Notes: generated by a model from the sequence alone, not told the origin. A stretch of DNA of 64,000 nt from an uncultured virus (IMG/VR IMGVR_UViG_3300025101_000025) (IMGVR_UViG_3300025101_000025:1-64000); one strand, 5' to 3'; shown: positions 38,110 to 48,929, counted from the first letter of the stretch. Program-made: numbers and translations.

Positions 38110-38673
38110 ATGGAAAGTAAGAAAGGACTGCTAAAGTGGTTCGCTCTTGGTGTTGGCACTTTATTGGGCGTATCACATTTTAGTATGATTGGTTTACTGG
38201 CAAATCGAAAAACTTTGCCGGAGATTAATTTACCTGTAGGCCCATATACTTCATATGAAGTAAGAGCAGGGCATGAAGGTTATGAAATAAAATATCGGGC
38301 AAATGATCCGAAAGTATTAACAGTAGAGAAAGATATAAACAGAAAAGGTGGTTTTCTTGGTTTAGGAAATAACAAAACAATTGTAAAAGAACAATTTGTT
38401 ATGAGTTCTAGTGGAGGATATAAACAGGAAAAGAAGCTTAGTGCAGCGCAAGTCGAATGTATCAAAGCAGCAGGAGGAGGAGAGCAAACGGGAAGACTTG
38501 TCGGGGGCAGTGTTGGCACTGTTGTTGCTAAGCCTCTTGCCTCTGTCCCCATTGTTGGTTGGGTTCTTGCTGGTGCTGCGACGATGATGGGAATGAATGA
38601 AGGTGCTGAGATAGGTGGAAATATGGCACAAGATTTGTCAGATGCATGCCAAGAAGAAAACCTAACTAAATAA
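38110..38673 (+). CDS. Membrane protein with glycine-zipper-like C-terminus
   Basis: N-terminal hydrophobic helix; GRLVGGSVG...GWVLAGAATMMG...GAEIGG. Confidence 0.75.
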   Translation: MESKKGLLKWFALGVGTLLGVSHFSMIGLLANRKTLPEINLPVGPYTSYEVRAGHEGYEIKYRANDPKVLTVEKDINRKGGFLGLGNNKTIVKEQFVMSSSGGYKQEKKLSAAQVECIKAAGGGEQTGRLVGGSVGTVVAKPLASVPIVGWVLAGAATMMGMNEGAEIGGNMAQDLSDACQEENLTK

Positions 38674-38693
38674 TAATACGATAACTCGTAAAC

Positions 38694-39080
38694 ATGACAC
38701 CATCTCAAATTTCAGCATTAGAACATTGTGGTATCAAAGTTGAAGATGCCACTGGAGACATTAAGTTTCGTGAATTCGAGTTCATTGATATAATTAAAAC
38801 AGAACCACTTAAATCACCAAAATCTAATATTCAATACACAGAATATCAAGAAGCAACAAAGCTTCCAGATTATAATAAAGTAGGAAATATAATAGACGTA
38901 TACTTAGCATGGAGAGGATCAAGTTACATGATCAAAATGTTCTTCCCATCAGTCAAAAAACCATCCCGTAGAGAAGTCCAGATACAGATGCAGAAAGTGT
39001 ATCCCGGTGCTAAACTCTATAATTATCAGATATCCAATCATGACCCCGGAGCACCAATCCTCCAGACAACAAGAGGATAA
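38694..39080 (+). CDS. Hypothetical cyanophage protein
   Basis: 128 aa; CTAAATA at 38666-38672 upstream. Confidence 0.8.
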   Translation: MTPSQISALEHCGIKVEDATGDIKFREFEFIDIIKTEPLKSPKSNIQYTEYQEATKLPDYNKVGNIIDVYLAWRGSSYMIKMFFPSVKKPSRREVQIQMQKVYPGAKLYNYQISNHDPGAPILQTTRG

Positions 39081-39171
39081 CAAGAATTTAAAGAAGAAAA
39101 TAGAAAATTTACAAAAAGTTTTAGAGTTACAACAAAAAACAATTGATCACGACAAAAAATTTATGATTTAA
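39040..39171 (+). CDS. Possible small coiled-coil protein (43 aa)
   Basis: MTPEHQSSRQQEDNKNLKKKIENLQKVLELQQKTI...; fills the gap to gp17. Confidence 0.45.
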   Translation: MTPEHQSSRQQEDNKNLKKKIENLQKVLELQQKTIDHDKKFMI

Positions 39172-39174
39172 AAA

Positions 39175-40830
39175 ATGCCTACAGTTGAAAATATTTATCT
39201 TGGCAATCCTAATTTAAAGAAAGCCAATACACCAATTGAATTTACACAAGAACAGGTATTAGAGTTTGTGGCATGTCGTCATGATCCTGTCTATTTTGCA
39301 CAAAAATATATAAAGATAGTTACATTGGATCATGGATTGCAACCATTTGCAATGTATGATTTTCAAAAAAAATTAATTGAGAATTTCCATGAAAACCGTT
39401 TTAACATCTGTAAGATGCCTAGGCAGACGGGTAAATCTACAACAGTTGTATCTTATCTCCTACATTATGCAGTATTTAATGATAATGTTAATATTGCAAT
39501 ACTCGCTAACAAAGCCTCCACTGCAAGGGATCTTTTAGGTAGATTGCAATTAGCATATGAAAATTTACCCAAGTGGATGCAGCAAGGTATTCTTGCTTGG
39601 AACAAAGGTTCATTAGAATTAGAAAACGGATCAAAAATATTAGCAGCATCCACATCAGCATCAGCAGTTCGTGGAGGATCTTATAACGTCATATTCTTAG
39701 ACGAATTTGCTTTCATTCCAAATCATATTGCAGATCAGTTCTTTGCATCTGTATATCCTACAATATCATCTGGACAAAGCACAAAAGTTATAATAGTATC
39801 CACGCCACATGGTATGAATCATTTCTACCGTATGTGGCATGATGCTGAACGTTCAAAAAATGAATATGTTCCTACAGATGTTCATTGGTCGGAAGTTCCG
39901 GGTCGAGATGAAAAATGGAGAGAACAAACAATTGCAAACACATCAGAAGCTCAATTTAAAGTTGAGTTTGAATGTGAATTTCTTGGATCAGTTGATACTT
40001 TGATTGCCCCAAGTAAATTAAGAAGTTTGGTATATGAGAATCCAATAAAAAGAAATGCTGGATTGGACGTATATGAAGATCCTGCTGTAAAGCATGATTA
40101 TGTTTGCACAGTTGACGTTGCTCGTGGAGTTGGAAATGATTACTCTGCATTTGTAGTAATTGATATTACAACTTTCCCTCACAAGGTTGTGGCAAAATAT
40201 CGAAACAACGAAATAAAACCAATGCTGTTTCCCTCAATAATATATGAGGTATGCAAAAGTTATAACAATGCCTTTATATTATGTGAGGTGAATGATATTG
40301 GTGATCAAGTTGCATCAATTCTCAATTTCGATATGGAATATGAAAATCTCTTGATGTGTTCAATGAGAGGTCGCGCTGGTCAAATTGTTGGGCAAGGTTT
40401 TTCTGGAAAGAAAACTCAACTTGGTGTAAAAATGTCTAAGACCGTCAAGAAAGTTGGATCGTTAAACCTAAAAACAATTGTTGAAGCAGATAAACTGATA
40501 TTTTGTGATTATGAAATATTAAGTGAACTTACAACATTCATACAAAAAAGTAATTCATTTGAAGCAGAGGAAGGATGTAATGATGACCTCGCCATGTGTC
40601 TCGTCATATATGCATGGTTAGTTCAGTGTGATTATTTTAAAGAACTTACTGATCAAGATGTCAGAAAAAGATTATATGAGGAGCAAAAAAATCAAATAGA
40701 ACAAGACATGGCTCCCTTTGGTTTCATGGACGATGGACTTGGCGAAGATACGTTCATTGATTCTGACGGTGATCGTTGGAATAAAGCTGACGAATATGGA
40801 GACCGATCTTTTATGTGGGAGTATCGATGA
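39175..40830 (+). CDS. gp17: Terminase large subunit
   Basis: YLGNPNLKKAN, Walker A PRQTGKST, Walker B IFLDEFAF, nuclease DVARG and DDL motifs. Confidence 0.97.
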   Translation: MPTVENIYLGNPNLKKANTPIEFTQEQVLEFVACRHDPVYFAQKYIKIVTLDHGLQPFAMYDFQKKLIENFHENRFNICKMPRQTGKSTTVVSYLLHYAVFNDNVNIAILANKASTARDLLGRLQLAYENLPKWMQQGILAWNKGSLELENGSKILAASTSASAVRGGSYNVIFLDEFAFIPNHIADQFFASVYPTISSGQSTKVIIVSTPHGMNHFYRMWHDAERSKNEYVPTDVHWSEVPGRDEKWREQTIANTSEAQFKVEFECEFLGSVDTLIAPSKLRSLVYENPIKRNAGLDVYEDPAVKHDYVCTVDVARGVGNDYSAFVVIDITTFPHKVVAKYRNNEIKPMLFPSIIYEVCKSYNNAFILCEVNDIGDQVASILNFDMEYENLLMCSMRGRAGQIVGQGFSGKKTQLGVKMSKTVKKVGSLNLKTIVEADKLIFCDYEILSELTTFIQKSNSFEAEEGCNDDLAMCLVIYAWLVQCDYFKELTDQDVRKRLYEEQKNQIEQDMAPFGFMDDGLGEDTFIDSDGDRWNKADEYGDRSFMWEYR

Positions 40831-41099
40831 TTTATTTTTTACTTACAAGCGCAAGTTTTTTTAACTTTTTATTTTACATTTTTGCGATAGGATTTGTCAT
40901 TGCATTGATATTAGAGCAAATTGTAAGAAGAGGTGGTGATGATCTAGATATTTTAATTGTTACAACTAATAGAAAATTTTGTTGGCGACAAGCTTGGCTT
41001 GTAAATATTCTTTGGTTTTTATGCAATATTCTACTGTATCTTTCAACAAGAGCAGCAGCACCAGTTGGTTCAGATATTATCTGGAGAGGTGAATTGTAA
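40827..41099 (+). CDS. Small membrane protein
   Basis: Two hydrophobic segments; ATGA overlap with gp17 stop favours the 40827 start. Confidence 0.7.
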   Translation: MIYFLLTSASFFNFLFYIFAIGFVIALILEQIVRRGGDDLDILIVTTNRKFCWRQAWLVNILWFLCNILLYLSTRAAAPVGSDIIWRGEL

Positions 41100-41159
41100 A
41101 GAAAAACATTATAAAGAGAATGTTAAACTTGTAAATAATAAAGAACAAAGGTAGACTGA

Positions 41160-41342
41160 GTGGATTGGGATAAAGAAGTAAAATTATCTGAAATGGAGAG
41201 TATGATTACTGTTTACGAAAAACACATCGAACATTTAGAAAAAGAAAACGTTGAACTTAAGGACGAAGTTCTTTTTTTAAAAAAACAACTTGAATACAAG
41301 ACAATGGGAAAACCAACACATGAGGTGAATAATGAGTGGTGA
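41160..41342 (+). CDS. Small coiled-coil hypothetical protein
   Basis: 60 aa, GTG start; GTAAATA at 41131. Confidence 0.65.
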   Translation: MDWDKEVKLSEMESMITVYEKHIEHLEKENVELKDEVLFLKKQLEYKTMGKPTHEVNNEW

Positions 41343-41490
41343 TGTAGGTTTATCAGGAGATGACACGATCGTTTTCTATAGTAAAAAAATGACTGAAGCA
41401 AAAATGATTGTTTTAGCACACAAAGGAATTAAATTAAATTATGACTCTAAATATGATATTAATAATGTAAAGTCATTAAACAATAAATAA
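41332..41490 (+). CDS. Small hypothetical protein (52 aa)
   Basis: MSGDVGLSGDDTIVFYSKKMT...; GAGGTG SD upstream. Confidence 0.6.
   Translation: MSGDVGLSGDDTIVFYSKKMTEAKMIVLAHKGIKLNYDSKYDINNVKSLNNK
41483..41489 (+). promoter_or_regulatory. Late promoter (gp18)
   Basis: ATAAATA. Confidence 0.6.
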
Positions 41491-41523
41491 TTTCTAGGTA
41501 AAACTGAGAACTCGGAGAAAAAC

Positions 41524-43830
41524 ATGGCGACTCCTCAATTATCTCCCGGCGTATTGGTCAGAGAGGTTGATTTAACAGTAGGAAGAGCAGATAATGTATT
41601 AGACAATATCGGCGCAATAGCGGGCCCATTTCGTCTTGGCCCAATTGATGAACCCATTCAAGTATCAAATGAAGAGGAGTTAATCAAAAATTTTGGTAAA
41701 CCACTTTCAACTGATAGGCAGTATGAATATTGGATGAGTGCAGCATCATTCTTATCATATGGTGGTGTATTAAAGGTAGTAAGAGCAGACGATGATGACT
41801 TAGGTAATGCTAACGCTGGTGTTGGTATTGCATCTACAACTGTCATTGGTGGATCAGGTGGTTTAAAAATAGAAAACTATGATGATTATCAGCAAAATCA
41901 TGTTGCCGATACAAGTTTCTATTATGCTGCTAAAACTCCGGGTTCTTATGCTAACGGATTAAAGGTTTGTCAGATCGATGATCAAGCAGATCAAATAATC
42001 GGAATCAATACAACAAGTTTAGAAGATTACGGTGCAACAATTGGTGTCGGTGTCACAGCAGCATTAACTAATGTTGTCATACCGGGTGCAGGATCAACTG
42101 CAACATTCACTGGACATCTGAAAGGAATCATTACAGGTGTGGCAACAGATGCTACAAATGGTGATTCAAAAATTGATGTTAAGATTACTGCAAGAGTATC
42201 AAGTGCCGGAACAGAATTTAAAATAGATTATGCACAAAATTCACTAACCAACTCATTTAAAACAGTAACTGAAGGTGGTGGAGCAGGAATTGCAGCAACA
42301 ACTGTATTCTTTGTGAATAGTTCAGGTATTAACACTGGTGCACCGAACGCACCAATCACAGCTGCATCTGCAGAAATTGTAACAGCAGTAGATTGGTATG
42401 ATCAACAAACACTTGGTTTAGAGAACTCAACTGTTTTCTGGAAAACACTTGCACCTAGACCAGTATCTAACAAGTATACACTTGATAGAAATGGTAAGAA
42501 CGATGGTATTCACGTTGCAGTCATTGATGATGCTGGAACAATAAGTGGTGTTCAAGGTAATATTCTTGAGAAACATCTCCACTTATCTAAAGCACATGAT
42601 GCTATCTCAAATGTAAATTCTCCAGAAAAAATTTACTATAAGCAATATCTTGCAGATAGATCAGAAAATCTTTATGCTGGATTTAATCCATCACAATCAC
42701 AAGATACTTTCCATAAAACTGCTGCTGGATCATTCCAAGAACCAAGAGCAACAGGATTCTCAACAGGATTTGTTGCAAATACAACTGCTCAAGGTTTGTG
42801 GAGTCAAAATGCTCAGAATAATACATTCGCAGCCATAGGTAATGTAACTTACAACCTTGGTGGGGGAACAGATTACACTAGCGTTTCTGGTGCGGTTCCT
42901 GCTCCCGGAGCAAATGGTGGAATGACTGCTACGCTCTCTGATCTTAAAACAGCGTATGACACACTTTCAAATAAAGATGAACAGGCAGTTGATTTTATAA
43001 TCATGGGGCCTGGTCTTGGATCTAGAGATTTATCTCAAGCAAAAGCAAATCATGTAATCTCAATTGCAAATGCAAGAAAGGATTGTATTGCTACTGTTGG
43101 GCCACATAGAGATGATCTTGTTAACATATCCAACACAACAACACAAACAAATAATTTAATACAATATTTCAGTCCATTAACCTCATCATCATATTGTGTG
43201 TTTGATAGTGGTTACAAATATATGTTTGATAGATTCAATAATGAATTTAGATTCATTCCTGCTAATGGAGACACTGCCGGATTGATGGTTCGCACAGCGG
43301 TCACTTCATTCCCATGGTTCTCACCTGCTGGTGAACAAAGAGGTGTGTTGAATAACGCTATTAAACTAGCATATAACCCAACCAAAGCACAGAGAGATAT
43401 ACTTTATCCTCAAAGGGTTAACTCTTACATAACCAAACCGGGAATCGGAACATTATTATTTGGTGATAAAACTGGATTGTCATTTGCATCTGCATTCGAC
43501 AGAATCAATGTTCGTCGTTTATTCCTTACTGTGGAACAAGCACTTGAAAGTGCTGCTGAAGCACAACTCTTTGAGTTGAATGATGAACTAACAAGAGCAA
43601 ACTTTAGAAATATTGTTGAACCGTTCTTGAGAGATGTTGAAGCAAAACGAGGAATATCAGGATTCCTAGTTATTTGTGATACATCAAACAACACTCCTGA
43701 TGTTATTGATAATAATGAATTCAGGGCTGACATCTTCCTGAAACCAGCAAGATCAATCAACTTCATCACACTAACATTCGTTGCCACTAGAACTGGAGTT
43801 AGTTTTGAAGAAGTCGCAGGTCGAGTTTAA
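41524..43830 (+). CDS. gp18: Tail sheath protein
   Basis: LSPGVLVREVDLT, WFSPAG, AFDRINVRRLF, KPARSINFITLTFVA. Confidence 0.97.
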   Translation: MATPQLSPGVLVREVDLTVGRADNVLDNIGAIAGPFRLGPIDEPIQVSNEEELIKNFGKPLSTDRQYEYWMSAASFLSYGGVLKVVRADDDDLGNANAGVGIASTTVIGGSGGLKIENYDDYQQNHVADTSFYYAAKTPGSYANGLKVCQIDDQADQIIGINTTSLEDYGATIGVGVTAALTNVVIPGAGSTATFTGHLKGIITGVATDATNGDSKIDVKITARVSSAGTEFKIDYAQNSLTNSFKTVTEGGGAGIAATTVFFVNSSGINTGAPNAPITAASAEIVTAVDWYDQQTLGLENSTVFWKTLAPRPVSNKYTLDRNGKNDGIHVAVIDDAGTISGVQGNILEKHLHLSKAHDAISNVNSPEKIYYKQYLADRSENLYAGFNPSQSQDTFHKTAAGSFQEPRATGFSTGFVANTTAQGLWSQNAQNNTFAAIGNVTYNLGGGTDYTSVSGAVPAPGANGGMTATLSDLKTAYDTLSNKDEQAVDFIIMGPGLGSRDLSQAKANHVISIANARKDCIATVGPHRDDLVNISNTTTQTNNLIQYFSPLTSSSYCVFDSGYKYMFDRFNNEFRFIPANGDTAGLMVRTAVTSFPWFSPAGEQRGVLNNAIKLAYNPTKAQRDILYPQRVNSYITKPGIGTLLFGDKTGLSFASAFDRINVRRLFLTVEQALESAAEAQLFELNDELTRANFRNIVEPFLRDVEAKRGISGFLVICDTSNNTPDVIDNNEFRADIFLKPARSINFITLTFVATRTGVSFEEVAGRV

Positions 43831-43834
43831 TTGA

Positions 43835-43841
43835 ATAAATA
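43835..43841 (+). promoter_or_regulatory. Late promoter (gp19)
   Basis: ATAAATA. Confidence 0.6.
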
Positions 43842-43861
43842 ACTAAAGGAGATTAACAACT

Positions 43862-44452
43862 ATGGCAACAACTAGAGAAAACAAAACCATTTCTCAATTT
43901 AAATCTCAATTAATTGGTGGTGGAGCAAGACCGAATCTGTTTGAGGTAGAGATGGCAACTTTACCTCCGGGCATAGCATGGCCTGCAGATAACTTTAGGT
44001 ATATGTGCAAAGCAGCACAGTTACCAGCATCAGTTATTGCAAACATTGATATACCATTTAGAGGTCGTATTTTTAAAGTCGCTGGAGATAGAACCATTGA
44101 ACCATGGAGTATCACAGTTATTAATGATGAAGACTTTAGAATTAGAAAAGCAATGGAAGAATGGGTTGATACAATTGCTAAATTAGAAAATAATTTAGGT
44201 GCAACCGATCCAAGTGCATATATGGTTAATGCAAAAGTATTCCAATTAGGTAGAGGATCTGTTCCAAGTTCACAAAATAACGCTGGTGACAGAAATACAG
44301 TTTTAAGAGAATATGAGTTTATCGACATATTTCCAACAAGTGTATCATCAATTGACCTATCTTACGATTCTTCTGATACAATAGAAGAGTTCGTAGTTGA
44401 TTTCGCAGTTCAGTCATTCCAGTTTATTGACGCAGGGGGCACTGACGGTTAA
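43862..44452 (+). CDS. gp19: Tail tube protein
   Basis: GARPNLFEV, CKAAQLP, FRGR.FKVAGDRT.EPW. Confidence 0.95.
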   Translation: MATTRENKTISQFKSQLIGGGARPNLFEVEMATLPPGIAWPADNFRYMCKAAQLPASVIANIDIPFRGRIFKVAGDRTIEPWSITVINDEDFRIRKAMEEWVDTIAKLENNLGATDPSAYMVNAKVFQLGRGSVPSSQNNAGDRNTVLREYEFIDIFPTSVSSIDLSYDSSDTIEEFVVDFAVQSFQFIDAGGTDG

Positions 44453-44477
44453 CTAAATAGATAAAAAGTAATAAATT

Positions 44478-46148
44478 ATGTCTAAATTATTTGGGTTCTC
44501 GATTGAGAACACAGAACCACTATCTCCAAATGTAGTATCTCCAGTCCCTGAAAATAGGGAAGACGAGTCAGACTACTTTATGAGTAGTGGTTTTTTTGGT
44601 TCTTATGTTGACATTGAAGGTGTATTTAAAACTGAATTTGATTTAATAAAAAGATATCGTGAAATGAGTCTGCATCCAGAAGTGGATAGTGCCATTGAAG
44701 ATATTGTAAATGAAGCTATAGTTTCTGATACAAATGATCATCCAGTTGAAATTGATCTAGATCATTTAAATGCAAGTGATGGTATTAAAAAGAAAGTAAG
44801 AGAAGAATTTAAATATATTCTTGATTTATTGGATTTTGATAAAAAAGCACATGAGATATATCGTAATTGGTATATTGATGGTAGAATCTATTACCACAAA
44901 GTAATTGATATTAAAAAACCAGAAGAGGGTATTCAAGAATTAAGATACATAGACGCAATCAAAATGCGTTATATAAGACAAGAACAAAAATCAAAAGAGG
45001 ACAAATATAAAGTAAACAATCTTTTATCAGATAATCCTACTGATTATCCCTTTCCAAAGATAGAGGAGTATTTTGTTTATAATCCAAAAGCTGCATATCC
45101 AACTGGTAACATTCAAGCAAGAGGTGCATCTCAAGGAATTAAAATGTCAAGAGATTCAGTCTCTTATTGCACATCTGGTTTAGTAGATAGAAATAAAGGA
45201 ACTACATTATCATACTTACACAAGGCCATCAAATCACTCAATCAATTACGTATGATTGAGGATAGTTTGGTGATATATAGATTATCCCGCGCTCCAGAGC
45301 GTAGGATTTTCTACATTGATGTAGGAAACTTGCCGAAGATCAAAGCAGAACAATATCTCAGAGATGTGATGATGCGATATCGAAACAAATTAGTTTACGA
45401 CGCTAACACAGGAGAGATCCGCGATGACAAAAAGTATATGGCGATGCTTGAAGATTTCTGGTTGCCTAGAAGAGAAGGAGGGCGTGGAACTGAGATTTCT
45501 ACTTTACCGGGAGGTCAAAATCTCGGAGAGATCACGGACATCGAATACTTCAAGAAAAAACTCTATAGATCGCTCAATGTCCCGCCGTCGAGAATGGATG
45601 GCGAAGGAGGATTTAACTTGGGACGATCTTCAGAGATACTGAGAGATGAGTTAAAATTTACTAAATTTGTTGGACGTTTGAGAAAAAGATTCTCAAATAT
45701 GTTCCATGATATGTTACGCACTCAACTAATATTAAAGAACATTATTACCCCAGAAGACTGGGAAACAATGAGTGAGCACATACAATATGACTTTTTATAT
45801 GATAATCACTTCTCTGAACTCAAAGAATCTGAGTTATTAAATGAGAGATTAGGTAACGTTGCAACAGCAGAACCATATATTGGAAAGTATTTCTCACAGG
45901 ATTATGTAAGACGTAAGATACTTAGACAAACTGATGAGGATATCATAGAACAAGATAAATTAATTAAACAAGAAATTGCGAGTGGTGCAATTCCAGATCC
46001 AAGTATTCCTGTTGATCCACAAACAGGTTTACCAATGGATCAAGATGGATCTACAGGAGATCTTGGTGCACCAGTTCAAGAACCAGATCTAGAATCTGAA
46101 GGTGGTGCAACAGAAGCACCCACTATCCCTAGTGGTGGGGAAATATAA
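44478..46148 (+). CDS. gp20: Portal vertex protein
   Basis: YRLSRAPERRIFYIDVGNLP, EDFWLPRREGGRGTEISTLPGGQNLG; CTAAATA at 44453. Confidence 0.98.
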   Translation: MSKLFGFSIENTEPLSPNVVSPVPENREDESDYFMSSGFFGSYVDIEGVFKTEFDLIKRYREMSLHPEVDSAIEDIVNEAIVSDTNDHPVEIDLDHLNASDGIKKKVREEFKYILDLLDFDKKAHEIYRNWYIDGRIYYHKVIDIKKPEEGIQELRYIDAIKMRYIRQEQKSKEDKYKVNNLLSDNPTDYPFPKIEEYFVYNPKAAYPTGNIQARGASQGIKMSRDSVSYCTSGLVDRNKGTTLSYLHKAIKSLNQLRMIEDSLVIYRLSRAPERRIFYIDVGNLPKIKAEQYLRDVMMRYRNKLVYDANTGEIRDDKKYMAMLEDFWLPRREGGRGTEISTLPGGQNLGEITDIEYFKKKLYRSLNVPPSRMDGEGGFNLGRSSEILRDELKFTKFVGRLRKRFSNMFHDMLRTQLILKNIITPEDWETMSEHIQYDFLYDNHFSELKESELLNERLGNVATAEPYIGKYFSQDYVRRKILRQTDEDIIEQDKLIKQEIASGAIPDPSIPVDPQTGLPMDQDGSTGDLGAPVQEPDLESEGGATEAPTIPSGGEI

Positions 46149-46151
46149 ATA
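46144..46151 (+). promoter_or_regulatory. Late promoter
   Basis: TATAAATA. Confidence 0.7.
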
Positions 46152-46180
46152 TAAAAGGTTAAAGTATTATTTTCTAAAAT

Positions 46181-46417
46181 ATGGACGATTTAATGGATAT
46201 GATCATCGCTGATGAATCGCCGTCACAAATTAGTGATACGATTAAAGATGCTTTGTTTTCAAAATCAGCTGAGCGTGTTGATGCCTTTCGACCTCAAGTG
46301 TCATCATCAATTTTTGATAATGGTGAAGTAGAGGATGAAATAGAGGATGAAGTAGAAGCAGAGACTGAAACAGACGTAGAAGCTGAAGCAGATACTGAAA
46401 TAGGTGACGAAGAGTAA
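46181..46417 (+). CDS. Small acidic protein (positional equivalent of T4 prohead core gp67)
   Basis: 78 aa, very acidic tail, between gp20 and gp21. Confidence 0.7.
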   Translation: MDDLMDMIIADESPSQISDTIKDALFSKSAERVDAFRPQVSSSIFDNGEVEDEIEDEVEAETETDVEAEADTEIGDEE

Positions 46418-46419
46418 CC

Positions 46420-46427
46420 TATAAATA
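46420..46427 (+). promoter_or_regulatory. Late promoter
   Basis: TATAAATA. Confidence 0.7.
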
Positions 46428-46453
46428 AATAAAAAATGATCTAGAGTATATCA

Positions 46454-47056
46454 ATGGCTTTAAGAACTGTCGGGACAGGGGCATCACTACCAATAAAAGT
46501 GGGTGTAGCGCAGACATCTTCGTTTTTCACAGTGCAATCAGGTTACATGCGTGTAGTCGCAAAAGGATCTGGTGCACATGTCACTATTGGAACCGATGCT
46601 AGTGCAGCAATAACTGATTTGTATATTCATGCAGGCCCCGAAGGTGAAACTTTATCAATGACTAAGGCATCGCAAAGAGTTGTTGGTATAAGCACTGGAA
46701 CAACAACTGTTCTCACTGCACCTGAAGGAACACATATGCCATTTGTTCCCGGTGACATCGTAACAGTTGAATTTGGTAGTAATGCATCTGTTGATACTAA
46801 TTACAGTGCAAAACTAACTGGTGGAGTATCAGTTCTTTCAGTTGATAATAACATTCCAAATGTTATATCAGATAACTTTGCTCGCAGTAACATTACTGTT
46901 GCAGCAGATACATCGGGTATTATCACAGCATTTAATTCAGCAGCAGATTCCACTGTAAGAAAAGTTTTAAAACTATCTTGCATTGCTGCAACGGGTGAAG
47001 GTGCTGCTAATAGTGTATTCCATTTTCAACAAGTTCAAACTACAGGTAGTGCGTAA
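46454..47056 (+). CDS. Hypothetical virion-associated beta-rich protein
   Basis: 200 aa, late promoter, coupled to gp21. Confidence 0.8.
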   Translation: MALRTVGTGASLPIKVGVAQTSSFFTVQSGYMRVVAKGSGAHVTIGTDASAAITDLYIHAGPEGETLSMTKASQRVVGISTGTTTVLTAPEGTHMPFVPGDIVTVEFGSNASVDTNYSAKLTGGVSVLSVDNNIPNVISDNFARSNITVAADTSGIITAFNSAADSTVRKVLKLSCIAATGEGAANSVFHFQQVQTTGSA

Positions 47057-47706
47057 TGAAACTGATTAGAGAAGAAATCGAAACCGTTGAATTTCTTGTC
47101 GAACAAAAGAACGGCAAAAAATCAATGTATATCGAAGGTGTATTCTTACAAGGAAACATTAAAAACCGTAATGGTAGAATGTATCCTATGGAAACTCTTC
47201 GTAAAGAGGTTTCTCGTTATAATGAGAATCACATACAATCTGGAAGAGCACTTGGTGAATTAGGTCATCCCGAAGGCCCAACTGTTAATCTAGATCGTGT
47301 TTCCCATAAAATTGTATCACTCAGAGAGAACGGATCCAATTTTATTGGTAAGGCAAAATTATTATCCACACCAATGGGTAAAATTGCGTCTTCTCTCGTC
47401 GAAGAAGGAGTCAAACTCGGAGTCTCATCTCGTGGAGTTGGATCTCTTAAAATGACAAGAGAAGGTATAAATGTAGTAGGAAGCGACTTTATGTTGGCGA
47501 CTGCTGCAGATATAGTTGCCGACCCTTCCGCACCAGATGCTTTCGTTGAAGGAATCATGGAAGGAAAGGAGTGGGTATGGGATGGAGGAATACTTCGAGA
47601 GAAGTATGCTGAAAAAACATACAAACAAATTAATACATTAACAGATCAGAAAAAATTAGATGAGCAGAAATTGAACCTGTTCAACGACTTTTTGTCTAAT
47701 TTATAA
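47056..47706 (+). CDS. gp21: Prohead core protease
   Basis: NRNGRMYP, GELGHP, GVSSRGVGS, DIVADPSAPDA. Confidence 0.96.
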   Translation: MKLIREEIETVEFLVEQKNGKKSMYIEGVFLQGNIKNRNGRMYPMETLRKEVSRYNENHIQSGRALGELGHPEGPTVNLDRVSHKIVSLRENGSNFIGKAKLLSTPMGKIASSLVEEGVKLGVSSRGVGSLKMTREGINVVGSDFMLATAADIVADPSAPDAFVEGIMEGKEWVWDGGILREKYAEKTYKQINTLTDQKKLDEQKLNLFNDFLSNL

Positions 47707-47756
47707 CTTTTCTAAATAAAAATAGTTTCAAATCAAGACTCATCGGAGTAGTTAAA

Positions 47757-48884
47757 ATGTCTCGTGGCACAAAATTACAAGAAATGGAAGTAAAGACACA
47801 GCAATCTAAATCCGCTGTCAATGCTAACGCCAAGCCAGGCGATCCAATGCCAAAACTTACAACAGGTGGAACACCACCAACATATGAAGATCTCGGAGGG
47901 CCAACTCCTGAGAATTATAGACCAGATGATGATTCGGCAAAAATCAAAGAGCCAGGCGGTTCCCTTAAACAAGTTAAGGATGTCGTTAACAAAGGTGCTA
48001 AAGGAGCAGACCCCATGAAGTCCGGTGGGAAAGGTTACAAGGAGGAAGAAGAGGTGGAACTCGAAGACCAGCAAGAAATTGTTTCTGAAGATGACGCTGC
48101 TACCGAAGAGGAAGTAGTTGCAGAAGAAGATCAAGTAACCGAAGAGCAAGTTGAAACTTATGACATCGATGATGATGTCAAAGCTTTACTTGGAGGAGAA
48201 GAACTCTCTGAAGAGTTTAAAAACAAAGCAAAAACAATCTTTGAGACTGCGCTCAAGTCTAAAGTTGCCGAAGTAAGGTCACTTTTAGAGCAGCAATACG
48301 AGGAAAAACTCGGACAAGAGATTGTTGAAGCAAAAGAGGAACTCTCAAGTAGAGTTGACTCATATCTTGAGTATGTCGCTGACGAATGGTTTACTGAAAA
48401 CCAGTTAGCAGTAGAGACAGGACTCAAAGAAGAACTTACAGAATCATTCCTTGGTGGAATGAAAAGTCTTTTTGAAGAACATTATGTATCAATCCCTGAA
48501 GACAAATACGATGTGCTTGAGAGCATGGTAGAAAAACTTGATGACATGGAAACAAAACTCAATGAGCAAATTGAGAAGAATATTGGATTAAACAAACGTC
48601 TCGCAGAGTCGGTTGCCGATGGTATTCTTGATGAAGTTTCTGAAGGGCTCGCGTCCACACAGAAAGAGAAGCTCGCTTCACTTGCCGAAAGTGTAGAGTT
48701 TGAAAGTGAATCCGAATATCGTGAGAAGCTAGAGGTTTTAAGAGAATCATATTTCTCTTCAAAATCAACACCTTCATCAGCTAAAACTGAAACTTTATCT
48801 GAGGGAGTAGATAGTTCACCTGAATCAGTTCAGGGTTCTATGAGTGCATACCTGAAAACACTTTCAGCATTTAGCAAAAACTGA
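47757..48884 (+). CDS. gp22: Prohead core scaffold protein
   Basis: LSEEFK.KAKTIFE, VDSYLEYVADEW; position before gp23; CTAAATA at 47712. Confidence 0.93.
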   Translation: MSRGTKLQEMEVKTQQSKSAVNANAKPGDPMPKLTTGGTPPTYEDLGGPTPENYRPDDDSAKIKEPGGSLKQVKDVVNKGAKGADPMKSGGKGYKEEEEVELEDQQEIVSEDDAATEEEVVAEEDQVTEEQVETYDIDDDVKALLGGEELSEEFKNKAKTIFETALKSKVAEVRSLLEQQYEEKLGQEIVEAKEELSSRVDSYLEYVADEWFTENQLAVETGLKEELTESFLGGMKSLFEEHYVSIPEDKYDVLESMVEKLDDMETKLNEQIEKNIGLNKRLAESVADGILDEVSEGLASTQKEKLASLAESVEFESESEYREKLEVLRESYFSSKSTPSSAKTETLSEGVDSSPESVQGSMSAYLKTLSAFSKN

Positions 48885-48929
48885 TTTTAAAATTAAATCA
48901 AACGTAAACTTTAAAAGGTAAATCCGCAA

